Assembly (NCBI GenBank): GCA_051294375.1
Contig: CM119270.1
Coordinates: 3,836,301-3,900,300, forward strand
Direction of reading: 5' to 3'
From: Paraspadella gotoi
Taxonomy: Eukaryota; Animalia; Chaetognatha
DNA: 64,000 nt
In this document: in pieces, positions 24,563 through 38,057 of the stretch
How the letters are laid out: the number at the start of each line of letters is the position of its first letter
Position numbering within the stretch: position 1 is the first letter of the stretch
The notes under the pieces: model-generated
Told to the model about the DNA's origin: nothing
Database searches by the model: none
The model's input: the letters and a program-made list of their open reading frames with translations, nothing else
Translations under genes and position numbers: made by a program

Positions 24563-25704
24563 TTCAAATAACTAAACAATTGACCTAAATCAACCAAGAT
24601 TAACATGATGATTAACAATTGTAGCGAAAACAGAGAAAAAACACTTTGTAATTTTATTGTATGAGAGTTTTGAAAAAAACTTCTCGAGGGAACTGTTTAT
24701 TAATATTAAGTAGAGAGAAAATTAAATCATAATTGAAACATTATTGAGACCAGAAAAAAAATTCTGTAGTTAGGTTCTTTTTTACAAGATGAAAAGTCAT
24801 GAATATTAAGTTCAAAATAACAGTCAACAAGAAAAACGTAAATATCAAACTTTGTATATATAATTATATATCTTCTATCTTTGAAAATGCATACCAGAAA
24901 AAGCTACACCCAACATAGACGCTTATGTAAATTGAAGCATCGAACATATCTCCATTTTGTATAGGTTCTGTTATCTGGAACGTAACAATACAAAATTGTA
25001 TATTCAGCAATTAAGGTGCTTCTATCACAGCAAACTTATTTATTGTTATCACTTACTAGAAAATTAATTTATAATATACTTAAGCTAAAGCTTTAAAATT
25101 CACATAGAAGCCATTAAAATGAGGCACATAAAGTTAAATCAGATAAAAATTATCCGAATGAACTTCTTTTTATTCAAAGGCCTAGAAGGTGATACTTCTT
25201 AGGGAAAAGCTCAAAAACCAATTGTGCACAATATAATCATTCTCATAAGAGTTGCAGTTATAAAAAATCTGAACAGAAAACAATAATGAAAAAAATTACT
25301 TCAGATTTTCGGTGTCAAAAATGAAGTGCAGCACTGCAACGCCTTTGAACACGCAGTTGTAAAATACTAGTCAGAAGTCATTTCAAGGTCATCAAACTCC
25401 TCAGAAATGCATCCAGATTGAAGTCGAATACAATTTTGTTTAGGAATAAGTTAACAGACTACATTATTAAAAATCAGCTACAATAGATCAGAAGTTGCTT
25501 ATAATTTCTCCCTTGAGTATTGTCACTCTAAACATATAAATCATTTCTAAAATCTACGATAGAAATAGAAATCGTTAATGGTTCCGTTCCGCTGATAAAA
25601 CTAAGACTGTTTATAAGTATAGAGTAAAGTAAGAAAAGTAAAAAAAAAAAAAAAAAATTCCGTTCATCTCCCAGGTTAAGGTCCGTATTGGCATTTTTCG
25701 TTAT

Positions 25705-28700
25705 TCAAGACATATAAGCTTCGTAAGCCTCTGCGCCGGTAAAAATGACGTCCACCCAAATCCGCATGGCTTCCGGCGACGGGGCATAAAAGAAGTACAA
25801 TCTGTCTAGCGTTTTCACCACAAAGGTGAGTTTTGGGTTGGGACTCTTCACGGTTTGCAAGTGATCCGGGTAAGTCTCCTGTATCGATTGGAAGTAGATT
25901 CCCCCTCGAGGTTTCGTCTCCGACTTGTCGGTGTAATAAGACAAAGACCTTTTGTGTCGGTCCAAAACGAACCAGCGTTTATTCCAAACTTTAAATTTGG
26001 AGCCGAGTTTGTGCAAGAAGCCGCGGCAGGAGTAGGCGCCTATTTCTACGTCCGGGCAAAGATCGACGTGGTGGCCGGCGAGGTCGATGTGGGCGCGGAG
26101 ATTAAAGTCGTCCCCTTTGCCGCGGACGGGCAAGTATCTCGTCAAGGGTCTGGCTTGCGCCGCCGCCGATTTTTTCTGCCTCAATTGAACTTCCATGGAT
26201 TCACGGCGTCGCGTCTCTTCCGCCAGCCGCTGCTCAAGATCTTCTCTCTTGCGCCGTTCCTCCTCGCGCTGCAGCAGCTGCGTCGAGAGGATCCGCTTCA
26301 GCTGCGGCGAGAGCTGATCGGCACCGGGTAAGTCGCCGAAACCATCGGTGGAACAGTTGCTGGTGTCCTTGTCGCTCTCGGAATACTCGTCGGAAGTAAG
26401 GCCGTTTTGATCGGTGACCGGACGGCGACCAGATTCGCGCAGGGGTGAGTCTCTCAAGGAAATCGAGACATCGAATCCTTTGTTCCTGAGGGCGGTAAGT
26501 TGTTCTTCGATCGCCTTCTTTTTCAACTCGAGGATTTTTCGTTTCTCCATTTGCGACGAACTGCGCAAGGTGTTGTATCCGCTGTTGCATCCTCCGGTAG
26601 ATATTGGCGAAGGGGTGGTCGGCGGGGGCCTCGACGTATCGTCGAGCATCGAATTGTCCGAGTCCGAGGATTGGCTGAGTCGCGTGGGGTCCTGGGCATC
26701 GTCATCCCCGTGACGGGATTTCGGAGAGGAATTCTCTAGCGGCGTTTTAAATTTTCCGAACTTTTCTATCTCCTTTAATTTCTCCTTTTCTAACTGGAAT
26801 TCGGCGACGAGCCTTTCCCGACGAACCTCCAACGTTTCCGTGTCTCTCTTGCACTGCAACAGCATCTCCCTCTGTTGATCGTCGATCTCACGCAGCCGTT
26901 GCTCCCTCTCCCTCCGCGTCTCCTCCAACGATCTCTGCTCTTGCTGCAACTGTCGCTGAATCTCCTCTTTCTCTTCTTCGTACTTGGATTCTAGTTCGAG
27001 CTGCTGAAACTCCATGTCCTCGAAGACTTTTCTCTCGCTGTCCAGCACCTCGTTGATGGCCTTGCACTGCGCCTCCAACCCCTGACGTTCTGCGGAGTCG
27101 CCGAGTTTTGCCAACTCTCTCTCCACAAACTCTAGCTTTTGTTCGATACCTTCGATCTTTTGTTTCTCTGCCCGCAGATGATTCGCCTGCACCCTCTTCG
27201 CTTCTGCCGCTTTTTCCAGCAACTCCTTCTCTCGACGCCGCAGCGCCACCAGCGCCGTTTCCTCCTCGTAAAGAGCTTCTCGTTCGGTGCGGTGCTCCCC
27301 TTCCAACAAAGCGCGTTCCAACTCCATTTCCCGAATCACCTCCGTCTGCTGTTGCTCTAAATCCACGACTTTGGCTTTTATTTCCGACATACGCTTGACG
27401 ATGATCTTGTGTTCCGCGCCAGCTTTGCCCGTCAGCGGCGTCAAATCGGTCGACGGAGTTTTGGACGGGGACGATGCGGCGTTGTCCGGCGTCCGATTTG
27501 GACTAACTTGAGTTCCTTGATCCTTCAAGTCGTTTGAGGGGACAGAGAGAAGCTTGTCAGAGGATGAGCTGGAGGATCCACTGAGACGCAGACCGGAATC
27601 GTGACTCTCTTCCTTTTGCCACAAGCTTCCCTCCCCTCGTTCGGCGCTGGACGCGTCCAAAGAACGAGCGTCAGTCTCGGCCGCGGCGTTGGGGTCAGCC
27701 TCGGCCGGCGACGCTTTCTCGGCGAACGTGAAGGAAATCAGCGTAACTCCGTCGTGGACAGTTTCCGTCAACACTCCCAAACCGGCTCCGGAGCCTCCAT
27801 TTTCTTCCGATGTCAAGTTTTCCTCCACGTCGGCGGAGACGTGGATCTCCGCGACGCAAGTGACTTGATTCGCTTCAGGATTCGTTTTTATCTTTTTCAA
27901 AGTCTTGGGTTCTTCGACGTCGACGGCGGGCGGATCGTCGTAGTCGTCGTCGACGCCGTCGTCTTTCGGCTTCGCGGGAGAGGTGTCCGAGTTGGCGAGG
28001 ATGGCGTTGGGCGTCTCGTTTCTCTCTGGCGGCGTCGGCATGGATTCTTTCATCGCCGCTGATTCTTCCTCGAAGACGTTTTCCTCTTTCGATTCGGCCT
28101 TCGACGCCGCTTCGCTCTTGTCGTCGTCGTCCACGACGCCCTCGAGGGAATCCTCAGACGAGAGGGAGTGGAGGCTGCCCTGTTTGCTGTCCTTTCGTTG
28201 TTTCATGCGACTAAGCGACCCGTTTGTTTTGATGCCGCGTTGGAAGGCGGGGGAGGAGCAATAGTTGGACCCGTCAAGGATCGGAGATTTGGGCGGCGAT
28301 GAACGGAAAGCCGCTTCGCCGTCGAGGGACCCGCCAAAGTTAGAAGACGACGAGACCGCGCCTGTACGGAAATTATCGGTTAGACTTTTTACAGACATAT
28401 TTAACATGTCTACCACTTAGCAGTCATGCAAAAAAACCTGCAAGAATAAACAAAGCCATTATATTTCATTTTCTCATTAGTTTTTGACGGCTTCTTTTCT
28501 TTTCATGACAATTACACGATTCAAACAACCTGCGATTAAAGTTTCCTTCGTTGCCTCGTTGGGAGAGTTGGAGGATGAGCCAAGACCGTAAGCCTTCCTC
28601 CCGAGTTTGGAGAGCGGAGGTGGACTCTGCGACCCGACGCCGAACGAACTTTTTAGATGCGATGACTTTTCTACTTTGATGTCGTCGGTCGTCGCCGCCT

Positions 28701-31411
28701 TCACCGTCTCCTCAGCCTTCGGAATTCCCGATGAACTCGTCCCCAGCGACCCCATCATCGAAGCCGACATTCCCACGTTCTGTTTCGCGTATTCTTCGCA
28801 AATCCGCAAAATTTCGTCGAGGCGCTCGACCTCGGCCTTTTGGGCCTCCTGCTCCTTCTTGCGGGCTTCCACGATCTCGCGATGCTTCCGCAGCAACTGC
28901 AGCTGCTCCTCGCCGAGATTCGAGGCGTCGTCGTCCTCGTAATAAGTGATGTGACGTCCGTCGATCATGAATTCCTCCGTCAAGACCGCGTCCGGATGCG
29001 CGGCCGCAAAGTCAGCAGCCAACGCGATCGGCGACCCCGCCGTTTCTCGATGCGGCGGCACCGGAGGAGGCAGAACGTGCGTCGCCGACTCCTCGCTCGA
29101 CTCGGGCTGATCGTTGGGCGTTGGCGAAATGCTCGTGCGAGACCCGAAGCTGTGACGCGACGAACTGTTGGAGAACAAAAGTTTTTCGCCCAAAAAGGAG
29201 TTGGAGGACAGGCGGTAGTTGGAGGCGGACGACGGCGTCGGCGAGGAGGCGTTTGGCGGCGGCGACGACAAATCTCGGGGTTTCGCGGAGGACGACGATG
29301 CTGACGAGTTGGGGGAGACTGGGGAAGGTTGAAGAGCGAGTTTGGAAAGCGTTTGACTCAGGGACGAGGTCCTTTGCGGGGGGAGGGCGGATCTTTGAGC
29401 GGAGGGCGTGGCAGTGGCGCTAAGTGATGTCGTTGTCGTCGAAGTTGTTGAAGTTTCGTCGTTCATCAACGTAGGAGTCTTAGGAGACATCGAATCTGTC
29501 TTCTCGTCGGTAGCGCTCGTTTCTATCGAATCCTCACCCAACTCTTTCGAAGAAACGTCCGGCATCGACGCCGACACGGAAGAGGCGACCGTCTCTAAGA
29601 ATACGGCGCCCCCCGCTGACGCTTCAACGATGGAAGGCGTCGACGAAGCGATAGAAGCGACGGTGACGACGCCATTGGGCTCGCGGAGGTCGACGGAAGC
29701 GCGAGGAGTCGCCGACGATGACGCCGAAGACCGCGGCGTCGAAGACGGCGTCGTAGAAGTAGAGTCTCCCGAGGAGAGGCGCGCCTTTGCGTTGACCGGC
29801 GACGGTTTCGCCGGCACCGAAGGTTTGGGCAAAGTCGTCTTCGGGACGGGGAGGGGAGACGGTCGATGTTGGCCGTCCGGTGTCGGCGGCGTCGACGGCG
29901 CTTCGGCACGAATCATTTTAGGCTTGGGCGCTGTCGCCGGCTTCGGACCCGGCGCCGGTCTGAACGGAGAGGCTCCATTGACGGCGACGCCGTTGGGGAA
30001 GGAAGAGCGACGAGGTTCGTCGACGAAACCGTTGAGAAGTGGAGCAACGCCGTCGTTATGGAGACCTGGAGAAGAGAATTCGAATCCGTAATATAAATAT
30101 AATATAATATATTATATAATAATATAATAAATATAAATCATGTCTTTTAATGTCCGTTGACACTAAGTAAATGTTTAACCATAACACGATTGAGACATAA
30201 AAATCAAGGAACTTTAAATAAATATAATTTATATTAGCGACTATCCCTGGTGAGTGGTGAGATTTCCATTCTATAAGTCCCCCGGTAAAAAAACGTTGGA
30301 ACGTTTGAAGTCCTTCAAACGTTGTAAAAAGAAGATTTTCCTCACCAGCCTCGAAAAAGTCGTGAAATTTGAAATAATTGCACGTTCCCAAGAGGATGAC
30401 GTTTCCCTGAGCCAATTTAGTCGTCGTCGTCGTCCTCACTCCGTCGATAAAGCAGATGGGGTCGTCGTTATCGTTGGCGTTTGTGTCGTCGTCGTCGTCG
30501 CCGTTGGCGTTAGGGTCGTCGCCGTTGGCGCAGGATTTGGCGCGGTTAAATGGCGTGAGCGTGACGCAGTTGCCGTCGTTGTTGAGGACGCAGTGCGTCG
30601 GTAGAATTCCGTCGCCTTTGATGAAAATGTCCTGGGAGGGGAAGAGGTTTTCTTGACATTATGGCATTGACATTACTCTTGACATTACTCTGAAACTTGT
30701 TGTGTCCACAACATAATTGTTACATTAAAGGTACTTGATGTATACGTCTGCAACTTAAATAATATAACATACAGAGTAAATACATTATAAAACATATAAC
30801 TAATTTACAAACGCTTTACTGTATAGGTAGGAAATTGATTCTCTGCAAACTTTAAATAAATTTATCATAGACAATGACATAACGATCGAGGAAAATAACC
30901 GATGGATCCGTTTCCTCCGCTCACCTGTCCTTCGTCCTCAACGTCGGCGCCGATTTTCGTCGCCCCGACGAAAACCGGAAGTCGTCGAGTAATCGTCTCC
31001 CGAGTCGTCGCGTCCAGCGCTAATAGACACGGGTGGAACTTCTGGTGAAGGTTGGTGGAGGAAGAGTTGGCGTTGACCTTGAGAGAGAGAGATGGACAAA
31101 TATTTTACTAATTAATTTATTAAGGCAGGCGAAAAATAAATATTTAAAGTTCTAAAAAAAGAAAAACTTTTTTCTCGAAAAATGACGTTGATCTCTCTCT
31201 TTCTCGATGCGGGGAAAAAAATGATTTTATTCACGACGTAAATTAGGTCGTCAATGTAAAAGAGCTCGGGAATAAAGAATAAGGAATTTGATTCGCTCTT
31301 TTTATCGTAAACCGATCTTCACTTTACGATCCACGTTTTATTTTCTGTCGAACCAGGCCCACGAGTTTTTTTACCACGGTTTACTCCCCCCTACCTTAAT
31401 TCTCACTAGAG

Positions 31412-31453
<42 letters not shown>

Positions 31454-32434
31454 GAAAGAGAAAAGTTGGGAGGAGAGAAACTGGCCATAAATCATACTTT
31501 TTCCCTTTTCCCACTCAACCGACATGTCGACAAAAAACGAGGAAAAAGAAGAGGGAGAAAATTGAAAGAAAAAAAAGGAAAAAAGATGGAAAACTGAAGA
31601 AAGAAAAATAAAGAAAGATAAAAACCAAAGGAAGAGGAAGATTGGAGAGGAAGAGGGGAAAGTAGGGGGGGGCGACGTGAAGAAAAAGTTTTAGCCCCGG
31701 GAAAAAACAGATTTATTGTGTCTGCGGCACTTTGGGGCGCCGAGAAGGGATGGGAGATGGAAAGATTGATAATAAAATGATAGATAGATTTTTTTTTTTC
31801 GCGGGGGGGGGGGGGTAGAAATAGGAAGATACATAGAGAGGGAGGGGGGAGTCGGGGGGGGGGACAGAAAATATGAGACAAAGGAGAAAGAGAGCGAGAG
31901 AAACTAGAAGAAATGAAAAAAAGATTAAAGTACGGCAGTAAATCCCCTTCAAGGGTTTGTTTTTTTTTTTTGGTTTTCTCTTTTCTTTAAGCCGAAAAGT
32001 TTTTCCTCCTTTCGCTTGTTATTTTTCGCACCATGGGATAAAGGACGGGAGGTTTTATCCACCCAAAATTCTCGTTCTTCATGGGGTTTATATCCTTCCG
32101 CGCTTTTTAAAACGTGAGGGGGGGGGGGCGCAGATATAGAAAAGTAACGAAAAATAAAGAAGTTAAAATATAAGCAGAAGAAAAGTAGAAAAATAAACAT
32201 AAAAGTTGAAAAATATAGAGTAGCCAAAACTGGAAAGCGAGATCAGAAACAAATTCATAAACTTAACTCGAGCGTGAAACACGTGGACACCAACGCAATT
32301 ACAACATTCGCCCAATCGTCTTTACTTTCAACTTTTCCTCTCCTCACCTCTGATAACTTCCCCGCCGGGACGTAGGTGGCGCAGCCGGAGTGGAACTGCT
32401 CTCCCAGCGTCTTGATCGTCGTCGTCGACGCCAT
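25705..32434 (-). CDS. PHLDB1: PHLDB/LL5-family protein (FHA, low-complexity region, coiled coil, C-terminal PH); exons 32434-32348, 31077-30925, 30631-30346, 30065-28530, 28361-25705
   Basis: FHA-like DIFIKGDGILPTHCVL...FIDG...LAQGNVILLGTCNYFKF; EMELERALLEGE; FEDMEFQQLE; QARPLTRYLP; PH domain CRGFLHKLGSKFKVWNKRWFVLDR...IYFQSIQETYPDHL...APSPEAMRIWVDVIFTGAE. The start codon is uncertain. Confidence 0.92.
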
Positions 32435-33984
32435 CTCGTTGCCATTCAGTTTTCCGTAGTCGTTGCTGAACTTAAGATGGCGCGATGGGCGTTACTGGCG
32501 CTGAAGGGGGCGTGGCTTGGCAAATAAAAAAGACTTCCGAATCCGAGTGACGAGGTTTTTCGTTGGCTACGAGATTCTCGGGTCGACAAAAGGAAGAAGA
32601 TGAAGATGGCGTCGTTGAGGCAGAAAGATTCAATGATTTCGTTGTTGTTGTCGATGAACACTTTTTCTTTTATACTTTTTTCATCTCTTCTTCATCCAAC
32701 CGAAAGAGGGAAAAAAAAAATCCCAACAAACGGAATTCATCTCAGTTGAATTTGTTCCATCTTTCATTTTTGTAAACTCAAAAAAAAAAAGGGCAAGATT
32801 CTGAAGAAGAAAAAAAATCGTGGTTTATTGCTGTCACTGTCGAATTGATGTATCTAATGATGTAACCAATAATATATATATCGAATGATGTATCGAAGGT
32901 GGTGGTCAGAGGCGGAGAGTTAAATGTTAAGCACGAGCCTGATAGAGATTTTCTTTTCGCAGGTTGACCGACGAATACCAGCGCCGTCGTCGAGTGGTTC
33001 GCATTTTTGTTCAGCGAAAAATAATCAACAAAAGGGGGGGGAAAAACAAGTGGCGTATTTATTACCTAAAATGACAGAAAAAAAATAATTAGGTAATGAG
33101 TTTAACATTCCTTTGGAAGTAGCGATATAACGCGAATAATGATTTGAAAAAGATAATGATAATTCGAAATATCAAAATAATGATAAATCAAAAGAATGAT
33201 AATAAAAAAACCGGCAAGTTCTTTGACCACCGCAGCAGCAGACTGCGGGAGGCGGCGACTGAGGCGGAGACTGACTAAGCTGCACAGCATTGTCATTTCA
33301 TTCCTTTTTAATAGTAAATTTTACCGCGAAGCCACGACCTCATTGATTATCCTGTTTATTTAATTGAAATATAAATAAATTAGTCAATTTCTTGGCTTAC
33401 TTCTAAAGCTTTTTTATTTTTTCTCGCGATTTAATGTCAAGCCTTTCAACCGCCAAGTTTTTTTTTCCGCTGATAAAATTCCGATTAGGATATTTTGAAA
33501 ACATTTTTAACAAAAAAAAAAAAATTTAAAAAGGGGAAAAAAAATTAAGACGATAAAAATCCGCTCAGAGATTCGCTTCAGCTAGAATGAACTTCCAAAG
33601 TTTACGAAAGCCAAAGCCAAAATCTTCAAAAATTGGATATTATAATTATTATATTCCATAAGTATTAATTAGTATTATAGAAAAAACACTTATGCTTTTA
33701 AATATTGAATAAGACCAAGACGAATTTTATTTTTTAGTTTTGTTCTTATTTTTTTAACGAAAAATAAAAAAAACTTTAAGCCAAGTCTGGAGCCGAAAGA
33801 ATTTATAATAAAATTAAAACAGGGATTTTTGGAGCAGTTACAATTCAAACAGAAGCAGAATTAAATATCTTAAACGATTGAAATGAGTATTTTAACTAAC
33901 GCGGTATCATCCCTCGTTTACTCTATAGTTCGACAATATATCTCAGTGATTTTACACGACTTACTATAAATAAATAACGGCAAA

Positions 33985-34144
33985 AATTTTACTTTTGCCA
34001 ACCGGGGTTTTAAAAAAAATATTTAAAAATACTTATTAAAATTAAAAAAAAAATTATTATTTAATCACTTTAACCTTAAACCTTCTTAAGCATAACCACT
34101 CTTAACCTTAAACCCCCCTAACCCCGGTCGGCGAAAGTAAAATT
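33985..34144. mobile_element. 160-bp MITE-like element with 25-bp terminal inverted repeats
   Basis: aattttacttttgccaaccggggtt ... aaccccggtcggcgaaagtaaaatt (2 mismatches). AT-rich interior with TAACCTT-like repeats. Confidence 0.7.
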
Positions 34145-35549
34145 AACCCCTTTAAGCCTTAAATGAAAACTTATGTATAAGATTATATTAATCTCCCTGA
34201 GTCCTAAACATTTAAAGTACGTGTTTTCCATCCCACGCCCAGGTTTACGCCGTATACCACACTAAATTGAGCGTTTTTATTAATTGAGCTAAAGCAACAG
34301 GCAGGTTTATAAATAATCCTCTTCGCGAATATTGCAGTCGACGGCGAAGACGGTAAAGATGTAATCGTCCAGACGCCGAATAACCTCGAAAAACCAGTAA
34401 TTACTTAAATTTTTAAATAGGTCATCTCAAACCATTTCTTCCACGTGTTAAACTGAATGTAAATAGAAAACCAATTATGAAAATTGTTGCTCTGTCCATA
34501 TGGACCATATGTCATTTCATCACATCATTCGGATCACGACGCTTTTCGCGAGTCGGCCATTTTACTCCTCGCCCTAATTCTTTGCTCTTTTATTTATCTT
34601 TCAGCGGAGTGTCTCTGTTGCATGCGACATCTGGTGAATGTTCTATCATTTTACAAATCGGAAAACAAAAATGAATTTTTACGTTTCTCGTTCTATATTT
34701 GGACAATGGACATTGAACTTGGTCAAAGATCAATGCCCTTTTTTTAAAAATGTCCCCTTAATTTAGTCACTCGGGGAAGAAAACATTTTCAACATTTTTC
34801 TCTCAAACAGCGTGTACGACAGGATTTTTATTAAATCAGATTGCCATTTGATTTCGTCACTAGTCACTCGAGTCATTAAGTGTCCTAATTAACTTGCTAT
34901 TTTCCATAAGAATAAAAATACAGCTATATCTAAGTTCCTTCGTCCAGTTTTAGTTGAGGTTATTTTATTGGTGCTTGCGGTAAGCGAAATGCGGTGATTC
35001 AAAGTTTTCAAAGTTTTCAACTTATTATAGAATTTCACTATTATAATAAATATGTGGATTTCAGCCGAAAAATACCAAACCCCCCCACCACATTACTGAT
35101 AAATCAGAGAAAGAGTGAATGACTCCCTAACAAATACATGACGAACGATTTTATTTTCTTTCCAGTTTAACTGATAAGAGCCAAACTAGGAATTTGAACC
35201 GAAAAAAAAAAAAATAAATAAAAACTGGTCGAAAAGTCGAGGAAGTTCGGAGTTCAATAAAAAACGGAATTCTTACTTGTCAACTCAAAGCAGACAACAT
35301 TCGCTCGCACTGAGTTTCCACTTTTTACGATGGTTCCTTATTAACCAACATAATTGTCCTCGTTGACTTGAAATCACGCATCTTCGTCAGATTTCCGCAA
35401 ATGTTGAAAGAAGTTTGAACTGTTTGAAGTTTGAACGAAATTCGACGGATCAAACCACAAATTTTGAAACTAAAAACTATATATCTAAATATTCCGACTA
35501 TATTTAAAACGAGAAATTTTTTTAAAAAAATCATATTTTTTGTGTCGAC

Positions 35550-36191
35550 ATGGAGGCCGACGTCTCCGAAGCCGTGGACAACATCGTGCAGCGCCTCTTA
35601 GAAAGGAAGCTCCCCCAAAATAGGGACGCCCGCGCTAAGACTATCGTGGATGGCGCGGCTCGTCGACGGCGACCTTTGCCCGTCTCTTCTAATCCACATT
35701 CTCCCTCGCCCGGTCTCCCGCGAAGAGCTCATCGCCGCCGGCCGGACAGTCGTGCCAAGTGTCCTCGCGGCCACGTCCTCGTCCGCGAGCCCGCTCCCGG
35801 GTCGTGGAAGTGTGCCGAAGAGTCGGCCGAGGGAGGCTGTGACAAGGATGCGGCGCGAAACGGACGGGAATCCCTGGAGCAAGCTTTGGTACGAAAATTC
35901 GCTTGGCGATGCCGCGAATGCGACTACGCCATCTGCATTGAATGTTTGGAGCAAGGACGGAATCGACTTCGTTTGGATGAGGCCCCCGTCGACGACGCCA
36001 ACGCCCCCACCGGCGTCAAAGACGTCGCGCTCGACGAAGCGATCGCCGCTCTGGCCGAAAAGTTATCGAACGCGCCGGTGAAGAATAAGAATCCGAAGAT
36101 GACCTGGTTCGTTTCATTTTACATTACGATTGTAATAGCGGATTTATTGTTATTTTTTTGTCAGTGGTAAATAAGAGAGAAAGAGAGTGAG

Positions 36192-36277
<86 letters not shown>

Positions 36278-37070
36278 AAACTTTAAAACCCCCTGTTCAA
36301 CAAAATCTTCCATTTAATTGAGAAACAAACATTAACTATGAAGTATTAGGACTAATAGTACTATTCGTACTACAAGTAATGACGCCTAACTATACAATCA
36401 AGGTCTCATCGACAAACGAATCGTTTCACCGTTTTCACTTTTGCATCACAGTGACGAGAATGAAACCGACATCATCGTCAGGATGTCGGTCGCCGAGAAC
36501 GACAACGTCGCCGACGTCGCGGCTCAAATCATCGATCGAGTCTCTGGCGAATACGGCAACGCCGCCGCAGCGGGTGCTGCTGCCGACGACGCAGGAGAGA
36601 AGCGTCTCGACGCCTCCGCGGCCGCCTTAGAGATTGGCCGGCTCAAGGCCTTTCAGAAGCGGATCCTCCGCGAATACATCGACAACGTCACGATCCTATG
36701 GACGCGCAACCAAAGTTCGGAGCGAGAGGTAGGCCTCCTCGAGAAGGAGCTCGTCCGGTTGCGTCGCTCCTTTCAGCGGATGAAGCTGGAGCGAGATGTC
36801 GCGGCGGAGGAGGGGCGACGCCGGCGCGAGGAAGAGGTGGCTCGCGCGGCGGCGGACGCCACCGAAGCTGCCGATGGAGAGATCGAGCATCTGCGTCGAC
36901 AGATCGAAGAAAGGGACGACGCGAAACTCTGCATCATCTGTTTGGAAAACGAAAAGAACACCGTGTTCCGGTGCGGTCACGTTTCCTGCGGCGTTTGCGC
37001 CGACCGACTGCGTCACTGCCACATTTGCCGGAATTTGATCGTGGAAAAATTCAAATTTTTTTACGTTTGA
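35550..37070 (+). CDS. Putative E3 ligase: N-terminal Cys/His zinc-binding module, coiled coil, C-terminal C3HC4 RING; exons 35550-36106 and 36452-37070
   Basis: CPRGH..WKC..C..WRCRECDYAICIECL in exon 1. CIICLENEKNTVFRCGHVSCGVCADRLRHCHICR (IAP/Mind-bomb-type RING) at the C-terminus. Phase-2 GT-AG intron. Confidence 0.85.
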
Positions 37071-37964
37071 AGGGATCCGCCTTCCGCGTGCCGCCATGGT
37101 GGGTTTGTTTGTGGGTTGTTTATATTCGTGGGCTTCGGTGACACTTACTTTCGGTTCCCTAGGACCTGCATGGGTATATTTGCCACGTGATTTTATTTAG
37201 TGAATAGAAAACTGAATTTCGAGTCCCGAATAATTATTAGCCAATTAGTGGATAATTAGATTGTAAACAGAAACAATTTCTACACTTCCCGTTTTTGTGT
37301 TTTTTTTTTTTAGTTTTCAATTAAACATACCACTTCATTATAGCTTTACATTGTGACGAAACTTTTTTGTCGCTGTTTGTACAATTAGTACAAAAATGAG
37401 ATTCGGTTGAAAAATCACATGATAGTCATATACTACCTGTTCTGTGAAATAATTTTTTAAATAAATAATTTCTTCAAGTTGCAACGTTATTTTCTTTAAA
37501 GTTTCTTAATAACGTCGGTATTTAATTAGACAGAAACCGCGCAAACCTTGTAATAATTCATAATTTCATACATCCCGGTTCTCCTTTCATTGCTACACGC
37601 GAGCCTGCCCGCCTTTTTTCAGTCTTTCTCTTCAACATCGCTTCTCCCTTATTTAGTTTTATTTCATTTTAATCAATTCGCCGAGTCGGATATGTACGAG
37701 ATCGGCTTCCCCATAAATTTGAGAAGCGTCTTCGATCTTCTGACGCCTTCAGAGACCCATGAAAAGCGGCGGACGTCTTTGTGGTTGCACCTCGATGATC
37801 CGCCCAACGATCTGTTTGTCTGTGTTTCTGTCTGTATCTATCCATCCGTGTGCCTGGATGTCTATGAGTTTCTTCTTATCTAATAAATAAAAAAGGAGAG
37901 TTAAATCTGGACGTTGAGCCCAAAAACTAACCCAAAACTCACCCTTTCGCTGCATCCGAGACGC

Positions 37965-38057
<93 letters not shown>

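Noticed and set aside
19508-30091. Many long plus-strand ORFs
   Set aside because: Antisense shadows of GC-rich minus-strand exons.
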